From Myxococcales bacterium (lineage in GTDB: Bacteria; Myxococcota_A; Polyangia; GCA-2747355): a stretch of DNA of 64,000 nucleotides. Position 1 is the first letter of the stretch. Each line of letters starts with the position of its first letter. The notes beneath the pieces are model-generated. The model saw nothing but the letters and a program-made list of their open reading frames with translations, was not told where the DNA came from and searched no databases. Below are positions 10,741 through 19,685 of this stretch, one piece after another. A program made the position numbers and the translations under genes. Location of the stretch: positions 7,121-71,120 of the forward strand of contig JAGQIK010000493.1 of NCBI GenBank assembly GCA_020431405.1, in the 5' to 3' direction.

Positions 10741-11568
10741 CTAGAGCTCTTCCTCGAGCTCCTCTAGCTCGCCCGCCATCGCAGCGATCATCATCATCGC
10801 GTCGGCGGCCGCGGCGGCGATCTCTTCGTCGTGATGATCGACGAGCTCGGCGAAGATGGCGTCTGCGTCGTCGGTGGGCATGCCGACAGCCGCTTCGATG
10901 GCGGCCAGGCGCAGGTCCTTTTCGGTGTCCTCGGCCACCAGCAGCGCCTCGATCACGGGCCAGGCAGCCTCGATCTCCCAGGCTCCTGCGGCCAGCAGCG
11001 CCTCGCCACGAAGCAGGTCGCTCTCGCTGTCGAGCGCCTCGAGGATCTCGGTCTCGAAGCCGGGCACCCAGCGCATACAGAAGACGGCCGTCAGCTGCCA
11101 GTCATGGTCGTCGTGGGCGAAGGCGTTGGCGATGGCCTCGGCGTGCCAGTCCTGTGGCGCGCGCACAGCAGCCTCGAGCGCGCGGCGCCGCAGCAGCGGC
11201 GGCTGATCCTCGTCGGCGAAGATCTCCATCAGCGTGTCGCAGGCGAGTCGGAACGTCTCGACGCTCAGCACGGCGTCCTCGCCGAAGTCCCACTCGCCCT
11301 CTTCGTCGAACTCCTGCAGCGCCGGTCCGAGCGCCAGCGCCGCCTGCGCGCGCACTTCGTCAGCGAGCCCTTCGTCGTCGAGCAGCGCGCAGAGCGCGGC
11401 GGCGGTGACGTCATTGAGCACGCCGCCGACAGTGACCAGCTGAGCGGCGAGCATCAGCTCGTCATCGTCGCGCTCGGTCGGCGTGCCGAGCACAGCGATC
11501 AGCGCCTCCGTCGCGGTCTCGGGCCACTCGATGGGGTCGGTCTGCTGCAGCAGGTCGAGGTCTATCAT
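10741..11568 (-). CDS. Highly acidic alpha-helical (HEAT/ARM-like) repeat protein
   Basis: Only the last 275 codons of the 1004-aa ORF 10741..13755 look coding. ATG 11568 has a GGAGG SD. Recurrent R..AL.A/AA..AL helices and a very high D/E content. Confidence 0.5.
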   Translation of the reverse strand: MIDLDLLQQTDPIEWPETATEALIAVLGTPTERDDDELMLAAQLVTVGGVLNDVTAAALCALLDDEGLADEVRAQAALALGPALQEFDEEGEWDFGEDAVLSVETFRLACDTLMEIFADEDQPPLLRRRALEAAVRAPQDWHAEAIANAFAHDDHDWQLTAVFCMRWVPGFETEILEALDSESDLLRGEALLAAGAWEIEAAWPVIEALLVAEDTEKDLRLAAIEAAVGMPTDDADAIFAELVDHHDEEIAAAAADAMMMIAAMAGELEELEEEL

Positions 11569-11612
11569 CTGGCGCCTCCGTCTTGGCTGTCGAACAAGCG
11601 CACTCGCCGATC

Positions 11613-13877
11613 CTACTGCCCGTCGGACTTCGGTGGAATAGGCGGCGCCTTGCGCGGGGGGCCGCGTGGCGGCGGCGTGGCGCCGAGGGTCGCCTGCGCC
11701 GCGGCGAGCCGGGCCTCGTCGCGTTCGACCTCGCGTGCGACGGCGTGCATCTCCGACAGCAGCCCATGTTTGTGGCGGTAGTTGATGTCGGTGCCGATCT
11801 TGCGCGCCCTCATCGCGGTGTAGCGGCGGATGAAGCGGTCGCGCTCGGCGAGCTTGCGCTTGAAGATGCGCCGCAAGTCGTAGGCGTCGCGGATCACGTA
11901 GGGCGTCAGCACGATCACGATGCTGGTGCGCTGGCGCGACTTGCTGCGGTGCTTGAACAGGTAGCCCAGGATCGGGATGTCGCCGAGCAGCGGCACCTTG
12001 CTCACCGTCTCGTTGAGCCGGCTTCCTTGCAGCCCGCCGACGATCGCCGACTGCTGGTCGCCGAGCACGAGCGTGGTCTTGGTGCTGCGTTTGGACGTCG
12101 CCGGTCCGAGCCCGTTGAAGTTGGGCGACGTGATGTCTTGGATCTCGGCCTCGAGCTGGATGCGCACCATGCCGCGCGCGCCGATGTGCGGCGTCAGCTT
12201 GACCTTGAGCGCCACGTCCTGCCGCTGCACGTTGACCGTCGGCAGCGCGAGACCCGCGACCCCGCCGCCGAGCCGGCCGAGCGCCCCCTGAAACGGCAGG
12301 TTTTGACCGACCGTGATCTCGGCCTGCTCGTTGTCGGTTGTCAGCAGGTGCGGCGCCGACAGCACGTTGACGTTGCTGTCCGTGCCGAGCGCCTGGAGCA
12401 TGATGCCGAGCCCGGGGATGTCGGCCTGTAGCCCGAGCAGCTCGGCCGAGCCGTCGACCAGCGCGCCGCGCACGCCGGCGCTGAGCCCCTGCAGGCTCGA
12501 CAGGTCGAGCAGCAGCGAGCCGAGGCCCGAGTGCTGCACGCCGCCGAAGATGATCGCTTGCGAGTCGCCGCTGCCGGCGATGCCGCCGCCGTGGTAGGCG
12601 ATGCCGAGCCGCTGCTCGTGGTTGACCGACAGCTCGAGGATCGCCATCTCGACGAAGACCTGACGGCGCGGGATGTCTAGCTTCTTGATCAGCGGCCGAA
12701 GGCGCAGAAAGTCGGCGAGGGTCGACGCCACCAAGAGGCTGCTCGTCGACTTGTCGGCCGAGATCTGGACCTGCTTGCTGAAGAGCGGCCCCTTCTTGGA
12801 CTTGGCACCCGCCGCGAGGTAGCGACGCAGTCGCCGCTGCACGGAGCGGCCGCGGCTTCGCGAACGGCTCGCCGCGCTCGACGTGCCGACCACCGACGAG
12901 AGCACCTGCGCGAGCGCTTCGGCGTCGGCGTGCTGCAGCTTGACCACGTGCAGCCTGCGCCGAGCGTCTCCTTTGGTGGGCTGGTCGAGCTCGTCGATGA
13001 GCTTGCGAATGCCGGCGAAGTCGGCGCCCCGTGCGATGAAGATCAGCGAGTTGAGCACCGGCTCGACAAGGATCTTCGACGCCGAGGGCAATCCGAGCAG
13101 CTTGGCGCTGCGTTCCCTGGCGAGCTTTGGGATGCGCGTGAGCGGGTTCTGGAAGAACAGCTGCAGCATCACCTTGTGAAGGTCTTCGGCGTCGAGGTGC
13201 TTGAGTGTGACCATCCACACGCCGTCCTGCGCGAGCGGCACGTCGAGCTCGTCGACGATCTTGACCAGGCGGCGAATGTTGTTGGCGCCGCCGGCGAGGA
13301 TGATCGTGTTGGACGGCAAGTGGTAGCTCAGCGCCGCGCGATGGTGCTTCATCTTGTTGAGGATCGGCAGCAGCGCGCGCGCGTCGGCGTACACCGGCCG
13401 CAGCACCTTGGTGATCACGCGATCGTCGCGTGGGAACGCGCGCGAGTCGATGCCGTAGTACTCGGTGTCTTGCATCACCAGGTTGTTGACCTGCGAGATC
13501 TTGAGCAACGGCCCCGACTTGATGACGCTCGCGCCTCCGTAAAACAGCGTGGCGACCACGAGCCTGAAGATCTGTCGCGGCGACATGGGCACCGACACGA
13601 AGACGTGCATGCTCGGCAGGCGCAAGTCGGGGCGCACGACGAAGCGCTTGCACGTCAGCCGCGCGGCCACGGCGAGCAGCTCGCCGAACGTCATCGTCGT
13701 CTTGAGCCCGTACTTGCCGAGGCGCACCAGCTTGTCGGGCGGCACTTTGGCGCACGAGGTGTACGCGAGCTCCTCGGCGCTCGGCCTGCTCGTCGTCTCT
13801 TGCGCGCGCGCGCGGGTCGGCATCGCGAATGACAGCGCGGCGGCGAGGACGAGGCTATGAGGCAGGCGCGAGGGCAT
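11613..13877 (-). CDS. gspD: GspD-type secretin (N0/N1-like domains plus secretin domain) with a basic/Pro-rich C-terminal extension
   Basis: Signal peptide. Repeated N-domain pattern (VKLKHADAE.L...L). Secretin core VPLLGDIPILGYLFKHRSKSRQRTSIVIVLTPYVIRD. Confidence 0.88.
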   Translation of the reverse strand: MPSRLPHSLVLAAALSFAMPTRARAQETTSRPSAEELAYTSCAKVPPDKLVRLGKYGLKTTMTFGELLAVAARLTCKRFVVRPDLRLPSMHVFVSVPMSPRQIFRLVVATLFYGGASVIKSGPLLKISQVNNLVMQDTEYYGIDSRAFPRDDRVITKVLRPVYADARALLPILNKMKHHRAALSYHLPSNTIILAGGANNIRRLVKIVDELDVPLAQDGVWMVTLKHLDAEDLHKVMLQLFFQNPLTRIPKLARERSAKLLGLPSASKILVEPVLNSLIFIARGADFAGIRKLIDELDQPTKGDARRRLHVVKLQHADAEALAQVLSSVVGTSSAASRSRSRGRSVQRRLRRYLAAGAKSKKGPLFSKQVQISADKSTSSLLVASTLADFLRLRPLIKKLDIPRRQVFVEMAILELSVNHEQRLGIAYHGGGIAGSGDSQAIIFGGVQHSGLGSLLLDLSSLQGLSAGVRGALVDGSAELLGLQADIPGLGIMLQALGTDSNVNVLSAPHLLTTDNEQAEITVGQNLPFQGALGRLGGGVAGLALPTVNVQRQDVALKVKLTPHIGARGMVRIQLEAEIQDITSPNFNGLGPATSKRSTKTTLVLGDQQSAIVGGLQGSRLNETVSKVPLLGDIPILGYLFKHRSKSRQRTSIVIVLTPYVIRDAYDLRRIFKRKLAERDRFIRRYTAMRARKIGTDINYRHKHGLLSEMHAVAREVERDEARLAAAQATLGATPPPRGPPRKAPPIPPKSDGQ

Positions 13878-13967
13878 GACTATCCAGTAGCCGAGATAGC
13901 AAGGCCGATGCCGCCGGAGCGGCTAGTCAACCATTGGAAACTACTAGGAATATGGGGTCTATCGCAA

Positions 13968-13980
13968 TGCCAAAATGGCA
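13968..13980. promoter_or_regulatory. Palindrome TGCCA-AAA-TGGCA, about 80 nt upstream of the -24 element at 14060 (possible activator site)
   Basis: Perfect 5-3-5 inverted repeat in the AT-richer divergent region. Confidence 0.25.
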
Positions 13981-14058
13981 GCGCGGAAGCGCCTCACGTG
14001 CCGATGTGTCTCATGTGACCAAAGCCGCGCCACGCTAGTCGCGTCGGCGACTTGTTGG

Positions 14059-14074
14059 GGGCACGGGCGTTGCA
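14059..14074 (+). promoter_or_regulatory. Sigma-54-type -24/-12 promoter match in front of the Tae4-like gene
   Basis: GGGCACG-GGCG-TTGCA versus consensus TGGCACG-N4-TTGCW, with exact GG-N10-GC spacing. The predicted TSS (about 14085) leaves a roughly 18-nt leader carrying AAGGAG. Confidence 0.45.
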
Positions 14075-14102
14075 CGGCGATCTCGCACACAAGGAGCGCG
14101 AC

Positions 14103-14537
14103 ATGACTCGGCAGCTGCCGCCCTTCGACCATATGTGGGGCTCGTACCCGACCTACGCCAAGGCGCTCTCGATGGGAGCCGGGCTCAAACAATGGAGCCG
14201 TCTAAAGAACACCTGCGGCGTGCGCGTTAGCTACTGCCTCAACTACTGCGGCCACCCCATCCCGGCCCACGCCTTCGGGCTGCGCACGTGGAAGGGCGTC
14301 GACAACAAGTACTACTTGCCCTGGATGCGCGACGTTGAAGTCTACCTGGCGCGCGCCTACGCCCCCGCCGAGCGTGTCGGCTCGCAGCACGACGTCTCCG
14401 GGCGCCGCGGTGTGATCGCTTTCGAAGGGGGCTTCGCCAGCGTCACCGGCCACGTGGACTTGTGGAACGGCTCGCAGGCTGCCAACAACGCCTACTTCGG
14501 CTACGGCAGCACGATGTTCTTCTGGGAAGCGGACTAG
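14103..14537 (+). CDS. Tae4-like (T6SS amidase effector family 4-like) peptidoglycan amidase, 144 aa, no signal peptide
   Basis: AAGGAG SD at 14091-14096. Motifs FDHMWGSYP, KNTCGVRVSYCLNYCGHPIP (Cys38) and TGHVDLWNGS (His117). Size and motif order match my recollection of the Tae4 family. Confidence 0.68.
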   Translation: MTRQLPPFDHMWGSYPTYAKALSMGAGLKQWSRLKNTCGVRVSYCLNYCGHPIPAHAFGLRTWKGVDNKYYLPWMRDVEVYLARAYAPAERVGSQHDVSGRRGVIAFEGGFASVTGHVDLWNGSQAANNAYFGYGSTMFFWEAD

Positions 14538-14557
14538 CGGCCGAGCGCGGCCGAGAG

Positions 14558-16258
14558 CTACTGCAGGATCAGGCTCGCGCGCGGCAGCACCACGACGTTG
14601 TCCGCCGCGATCGACTGGTTGCTGATCAAGTCGGTGAAGTAGCCCTTCTTGATGTGGTCGAGCTTGATCGTCTGCGACGTGTCAGAGCGATTGATCACCA
14701 CCACCAGCGTTTCCTTGCCGTCGCTGCGTGTGAAGGCGTAGACGTCGTCGGCGAGCCAAGCTTCTTTGCGCGCGCCGCGGCGCAGCGCCGGGTGAGCCGC
14801 GCGGATCTTGGTCAGCTGTTTGATGTGGTCGCGCAGTGCGAGCTGGTGCGGGTTTTCGCCGCCCCAGGTCATCATGCGGCGGTTGTCGGGATCGCCGGCG
14901 CCCGCCATGCCGATCTCGTCACCGTAGTAGATCAGCGGGATGCCCTGGATGCCGAACAGCAGCGTGAACGCGGTGGCGAGTCGCTCGTAGGGGCGCGCGT
15001 AGGTCGGCTGCGTCGGCCGGTTGTTCCACGCGCGCTCCTTGCCGCCGCCCCATTCATCCCACAGCGAGTTGTCTTCGGCGATGTGGATCGGCCGCGGCAG
15101 ATCGTGGTTGCCGATAAACGTGCTCATGATCGAGCCCGGCCCGTAGAACGTGTCGTTGCTGTTCATGAACGTGTCGAGCTCTTTGAGGCTGCCCTGGCGG
15201 CGCAGCAGCGTCTTGACGACTACCGCGCGCAGCGGGAAGTCGAACTGACCGTCGAGCTTGTTCGAGGGATCGACGTAGGCCTTGATCACGCCGCGGTCGC
15301 CGTCGAACGTCTCTCCGACCATGTAGAAGCGTCCGCCGGTGGTGCCGATGCCCTGCGACTTGAGCGCGCTGCGCAGATCCACCAGCCAGCTGTCCTCGAT
15401 GTGCTTGACCGCGTCGAGGCGGAAGCCGTCGATGCCCGTCTGCTTGACCCAGCCGACGGCGTTGCCCACCGAGAAGCTGCGCGCCGCGGGGACGGTGAAG
15501 TTGAAATCGGGCAGAAACGGGTCGAACCAGCAGCGAAGCCCATCCGAGCCGCCCCACGAGCAGCCGCCGCCGCACACGCACGTGGCGCCGTTCTTGTCGA
15601 GCGGCCAGAACCAGCCCTGGTTCTGCTGGTAGGTGGGCGACGTGTCGTGCACGTGATTCATCACGTAGTCGAAGATGACTTTGATGCCCGCCTTGTGCGC
15701 TTCGTCGACGACCTGCTTGAGCAGCGCCACGTCGCCGAGGCGCTCTTCGACCTTCGTCAGGTCCGCCGGCCAGTAGCCGTGATAGCCGGTGTAGTCGTGG
15801 CCATCGGTGCCCGGGTACTTGCCGTCGGGCGCGTCCACCGGCGAGCTGAGCCACAGCACGTTGACGCCGAGGTCGGTGAAGTAGCCCGACTTGATGCGCG
15901 ACAGCAGGCCGGCCAGGTCACCGCCCTGCCAGTTGGCGGCGGTCTCGACGTTGGGCTCGGGTTTGTTGTTGCTCGAGTTGCCGTCGTAGAAACGATCGAG
16001 CAGCACGAAGTACATCACGCCATCGCGCCAGTCGAACGTGCCGGGCGGCAGCGGCCCGTCGGGAAGCGGCGGCGGTCCGTCGGTCACCGGTGGTGTGCCG
16101 TCGGGTCTCGGGCCGTCGGTGCCGGGCGTGACGTTGCCATCGGCGTCGGCGGTGCCCGCGTCGCCCCTGAGCGCAGCGTCAAAGTACAGCGACGGCGGCA
16201 GCTCGGAGCAGGCGACGCTGGCGAGCGCGACCAGGGCGATGGTGAGGGTGCGGGTCAT
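14558..16258 (-). CDS. GH13 alpha-amylase family lipoprotein
   Basis: MTRTLTIALVALASVAC lipobox (Met66 of ORF 14558..16453). GH13 regions GFRLDAVKHI, YMVGETF, FIGNHDLPR. Confidence 0.88.
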   Translation of the reverse strand: MTRTLTIALVALASVACSELPPSLYFDAALRGDAGTADADGNVTPGTDGPRPDGTPPVTDGPPPLPDGPLPPGTFDWRDGVMYFVLLDRFYDGNSSNNKPEPNVETAANWQGGDLAGLLSRIKSGYFTDLGVNVLWLSSPVDAPDGKYPGTDGHDYTGYHGYWPADLTKVEERLGDVALLKQVVDEAHKAGIKVIFDYVMNHVHDTSPTYQQNQGWFWPLDKNGATCVCGGGCSWGGSDGLRCWFDPFLPDFNFTVPAARSFSVGNAVGWVKQTGIDGFRLDAVKHIEDSWLVDLRSALKSQGIGTTGGRFYMVGETFDGDRGVIKAYVDPSNKLDGQFDFPLRAVVVKTLLRRQGSLKELDTFMNSNDTFYGPGSIMSTFIGNHDLPRPIHIAEDNSLWDEWGGGKERAWNNRPTQPTYARPYERLATAFTLLFGIQGIPLIYYGDEIGMAGAGDPDNRRMMTWGGENPHQLALRDHIKQLTKIRAAHPALRRGARKEAWLADDVYAFTRSDGKETLVVVINRSDTSQTIKLDHIKKGYFTDLISNQSIAADNVVVLPRASLILQ

Positions 16259-16266
16259 CGACGTTC

Positions 16267-18168
16267 TCACTGCTTGACCAGAATGCGCGCGCCGAGGCAC
16301 GGCACGTCGACGTCGAGGGTGCCGTCCTGGCCGACGGTGAACGTGCCGCCCGCGCCGTCGGGCATCATGTCGGTAAGCTTGGTGCCGGCGGCGAAGCCGG
16401 TTTTCATCAGGTTCGCGCCGTCGCGCGTGCGCGAGCTCTTCTTGTCGTCGCACTGATGCGCGTTGACGGCGACCAGCACGTGGTCGCCTTCGTGCTGGCG
16501 TTCGAAGGCGAAGATGCCAGCGTCATCCTCTGTGCCGGTGTGGTCGGTGGACCAGCGGATCTCGAAGCTGCCGCGGCGCAGCGCGGCGTGCTCTTTGCGC
16601 AGCTTGGTCAGCCCGGAGATGCGCATGAACGTGTCGTTGGTGGTGTCGTACGGCGAGAGCCCGCGCTTGCGGTTGCCGAGCCACATGTCCTCGCGGTTGG
16701 AGGGGTCGTTGCCGCCGTCGAACTGCTGCTCGGTGCCGTAGTAGATGCAGGGGATGCCGACGGTGGTGAGTAGGTACGTCAGCGCGACGCCGAGGCGCTG
16801 CACGCCGTCGTCGCCCGTGTTGTTGAGGAAGCGCTCGACGTCGTGGTTGTCGATGAAGTTGACGAGCGCGTCGCGCGGCGCCACGCCGATGCCCGACTGG
16901 TGCGGGCGGTCGTGATAGAGGCGCACGCGGTCTTGATGCAGGCGCTCGATCTCGCGCGTTGGTCCGCCGTGTTTGAACACGTTGTCGAAGACGCGGTACT
17001 TCTGCGAGAAGTAGAACACCGAGTCGACCTGCTCGCGGTCGGTGTAGCTGGCCAGCAGGCTGTCGGCACCGGAGAACGCCTCGCCGAACATGAAGAAGGT
17101 CTTCTTGCCGAGCCCCACCGCGTGCGCGCGCATGGCTGGGCCGAACTGCTCCCAGAAGCCGTGCTCGACGTGCTTGAGCGTGTCGATGCGGAAGCCATCG
17201 AAGTCGCCGACCTCGATCCAGTACTTGAAGACGCCGATCAGCGCCTGGCGTACGTCGTCGCGCTCCGTGGCGAGATCCTTGAGGCCGCCCGGGAAGTCGC
17301 CCTTGGTCTCCTGCTCGCGCAAGTACGGGCACAGCTCGGTGTTGTTTTCGGGCGCCGTCGGACAGAACTCGCCGCCGAGCGGTGGCTTGTTCTCCCAGAC
17401 CGTGATGCGGCCGCGGCGGTGATACCAGGCCGGGTTCTGGAAGAACTCGGGCTGCACCGGCACGCGGCCGATCTTCGGCTGGTAGACCCACACGATCGGC
17501 GCGCGGCCGGCCTCGCCGAGCGAGGTGAAGGACTGGATGCCGCGGCTGTCGTAGTCCGGATCCCACTCGCTGGTGCGCGTGAGCTTGCCCGGGTTGTCGG
17601 GGTTGCGCGAGCCGTAGGAGGCGCCGCCGCCGCCGAACAGGATGTCGTCGGCGCGGCCGTTCATGTTGACGTCGTAGTAGAAGAGCGGCCCGATGTGGTT
17701 GGTGACGATGTCGAGGATCACCTTGAAGCCGTTGTCGTGCAGCTGATCGACGAGCTCCTGCATCTTGGCCAGATCACCGAAGTGCTGGTTGACCGACAGG
17801 AAGTCTTGCGTCCAGTAGCCGTGGTAGCCGGCGAAGCCCGCGTCCTCCTCGATGTTCTTGACCACCGGGCTGATCCAGATCGCCGTCACGCCGAGCTTCT
17901 TGAGGTACGGGATGCGCTTGATCAGGCCTTGCCAGTCGCCGCCGTGGTAGCGGCCCATGTGCGTGCGGTCGACGCCGAAGTCGTTTGAGTAGTCGCCGTT
18001 GGCGAAGCGGTCGACGAAGACCTGGTAGATCACCTCGTCGCGCCAGTCGGTGGAGCCGGGGGTGATCCTGCGCTCGCCCGCGATGCCGGGCTCGGGCGTG
18101 TGGCAGGCCGCTGCCGCGAGGGCACACGCGAGCGCTGCGAAGGTGATCTTCTTCATGCTTACGTCCAT
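16267..18168 (-). CDS. GH13 alpha-amylase family lipoprotein
   Basis: MKKITFAALACALAAAAC lipobox (start at 18168 or 18156). GH13 regions GFRIDTLKHV, FMFGEAF, FIDNHDVERF. Its stop is 8 nt from the next start. Confidence 0.88.
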   Translation of the reverse strand: MDVSMKKITFAALACALAAAACHTPEPGIAGERRITPGSTDWRDEVIYQVFVDRFANGDYSNDFGVDRTHMGRYHGGDWQGLIKRIPYLKKLGVTAIWISPVVKNIEEDAGFAGYHGYWTQDFLSVNQHFGDLAKMQELVDQLHDNGFKVILDIVTNHIGPLFYYDVNMNGRADDILFGGGGASYGSRNPDNPGKLTRTSEWDPDYDSRGIQSFTSLGEAGRAPIVWVYQPKIGRVPVQPEFFQNPAWYHRRGRITVWENKPPLGGEFCPTAPENNTELCPYLREQETKGDFPGGLKDLATERDDVRQALIGVFKYWIEVGDFDGFRIDTLKHVEHGFWEQFGPAMRAHAVGLGKKTFFMFGEAFSGADSLLASYTDREQVDSVFYFSQKYRVFDNVFKHGGPTREIERLHQDRVRLYHDRPHQSGIGVAPRDALVNFIDNHDVERFLNNTGDDGVQRLGVALTYLLTTVGIPCIYYGTEQQFDGGNDPSNREDMWLGNRKRGLSPYDTTNDTFMRISGLTKLRKEHAALRRGSFEIRWSTDHTGTEDDAGIFAFERQHEGDHVLVAVNAHQCDDKKSSRTRDGANLMKTGFAAGTKLTDMMPDGAGGTFTVGQDGTLDVDVPCLGARILVKQ

Positions 18169-18172
18169 AGGG

Positions 18173-19672
18173 CTAACGTATCAGCGAGAAGCTGTTGAGC
18201 CACCACTCGACCTGAATCCCGAGGTAGTGCTGCACCGCCTCGCCGTAGCGCTGATCTTCGACCGGGTAGCCCAGCTGCGCGCCGCGGTCGAGCACCGACA
18301 GCGTGTAGAGCAGCCGGATCTGCGGTCGGCTGTAGACGCCGCGCTTCCAGTTGAGCGTGGGCATCACGGTGAACTTGAAGACGGTCGGCTTGAGCTGCGT
18401 CTGCGTGCGCGGGTTGAGGCCGTCGGGGCGGCGGTGCTGGATCGACGCTTCGAATGCTTGGTGAAACCAGTCGGTGATGATCAGGTGCGGGCGCGCCGCG
18501 AAGACGAGCTCCCAGCCATCGTCGAAGTCGCTCTGCACGCCGTCGCCGTCGCGGAAGTAGCGCGCGTAGCCGCCCCAGGTGACGCCGAGCAAGCCGCGCT
18601 CGTAGTTTCCGGCCGCGGCGAGCACGATCTCGCGCGCGTCGGCGGAGGTCTTGTCGGGGCCGAGGCCGCGCGGCACAGCGAGGTCGCCGTAGGCGGCAAG
18701 CCCGCCGGCGAAGCGCGCCCAGAAGTTGAGGAAGCCGTTGTTCTGGCCGAAGGACCAGAAGCCCACCTGCGCGCCGACGACCCAGCCGGCGTCCTGCGGC
18801 AGCTCTTCTTCGATCAGCGGATCACCGGTTTCGCGGCGCGTACCGGAGGGCAGGTAGTGGATCTCGCCGTAGCCGACGATCTTCATGCACAGCTTGCCCC
18901 AGATGTTGTCGAACTGCTGGGTGATCTTGATGCTGCCGATGGTGCGCTGGCGATCGAGCACGTCCACCGGCTCGGTGCCAAACGTCGGCGCCGGCACGTC
19001 GAGCCGCTGCAGCTGAAACGGATCGTCGAGGCGGTTGACGCCGACGTGCAGGTCGATGCGCGTCTTGCTGCGCAGCTGGATGCCCGCGCCGCCGCCGATG
19101 GTGTTGAGGTTGTCGAGCGGCCAGTAGTCGAGCAGGTAGATGTCGTTGCCGCGATACATGCGCGAGCCGGCCCAGAAGGAGAGGCCTGGGATAAAGACGT
19201 TCTCGGCCTGTGCGAAGAGGTTGCGTACCGCCAGCGTCGCCTCGAACTTGCCGTTGTAGTGAAAGAAGTCTTCGAAGAAGGCGAGCGTGAAGGCGATGCG
19301 GAAGCGGAAGTTGTTCTTGCCGCGCTCGAGCACGTAGCCGAGGTCGAACTCGGCGTAGGGCGACTCCTCGAGGCGCGGGCCGTGCGAGACGACATTGAGC
19401 GACTTGGCTTTGGAGCCTTCGTCGAGGTCGCTCGAGATGCCCATGCGGCCGTAGGTGCCGAAGCGAAAGCCGCCGAGCAGGTCGAGCACGCGCTTGGTCA
19501 GCCCGCTCTGCGGCTGCTTTTGCATCAAGTCACCGCCCTTGCTGTCGCTGTCGGCGGGCGACGGCTTGGGCTGACCGGCTGTGGTGGCGGGCTGAGCTTC
19601 TGCGTGCGGCGCGGCGAGGAGCGTGAGCGACAGCAGAGCGAACGTGAAAGATATGGCGCGCGCGAGGTTCAC
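18173..19672 (-). CDS. Maltoporin/LamB-family carbohydrate porin
   Basis: GTG 19672 gives the signal peptide VNLARAISFTFALLSLTLLAAPHAEA. The mature part is FGTYGRMGIS...FWAGSRMYRGNDIYLLDYWPLDNLN, typical of sugar porins. Confidence 0.75.
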   Translation of the reverse strand: MNLARAISFTFALLSLTLLAAPHAEAQPATTAGQPKPSPADSDSKGGDLMQKQPQSGLTKRVLDLLGGFRFGTYGRMGISSDLDEGSKAKSLNVVSHGPRLEESPYAEFDLGYVLERGKNNFRFRIAFTLAFFEDFFHYNGKFEATLAVRNLFAQAENVFIPGLSFWAGSRMYRGNDIYLLDYWPLDNLNTIGGGAGIQLRSKTRIDLHVGVNRLDDPFQLQRLDVPAPTFGTEPVDVLDRQRTIGSIKITQQFDNIWGKLCMKIVGYGEIHYLPSGTRRETGDPLIEEELPQDAGWVVGAQVGFWSFGQNNGFLNFWARFAGGLAAYGDLAVPRGLGPDKTSADAREIVLAAAGNYERGLLGVTWGGYARYFRDGDGVQSDFDDGWELVFAARPHLIITDWFHQAFEASIQHRRPDGLNPRTQTQLKPTVFKFTVMPTLNWKRGVYSRPQIRLLYTLSVLDRGAQLGYPVEDQRYGEAVQHYLGIQVEWWLNSFSLIR

Positions 19673-19685
19673 GCGCAGCGGCAAA

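Noticed and set aside
11569-13755. N-terminal 729 aa of the 1004-aa ORF 10741..13755(-).
   Set aside because: This part overlaps the secretin gene in another frame and is Arg/Ala-rich nonsense. Only the last 275 codons (from ATG 11568, with a GGAGG SD) look like a real protein. The same logic applies to 53524..55251, 8164..8784, 42496..43431 and 14558..16453 upstream of their chosen starts.
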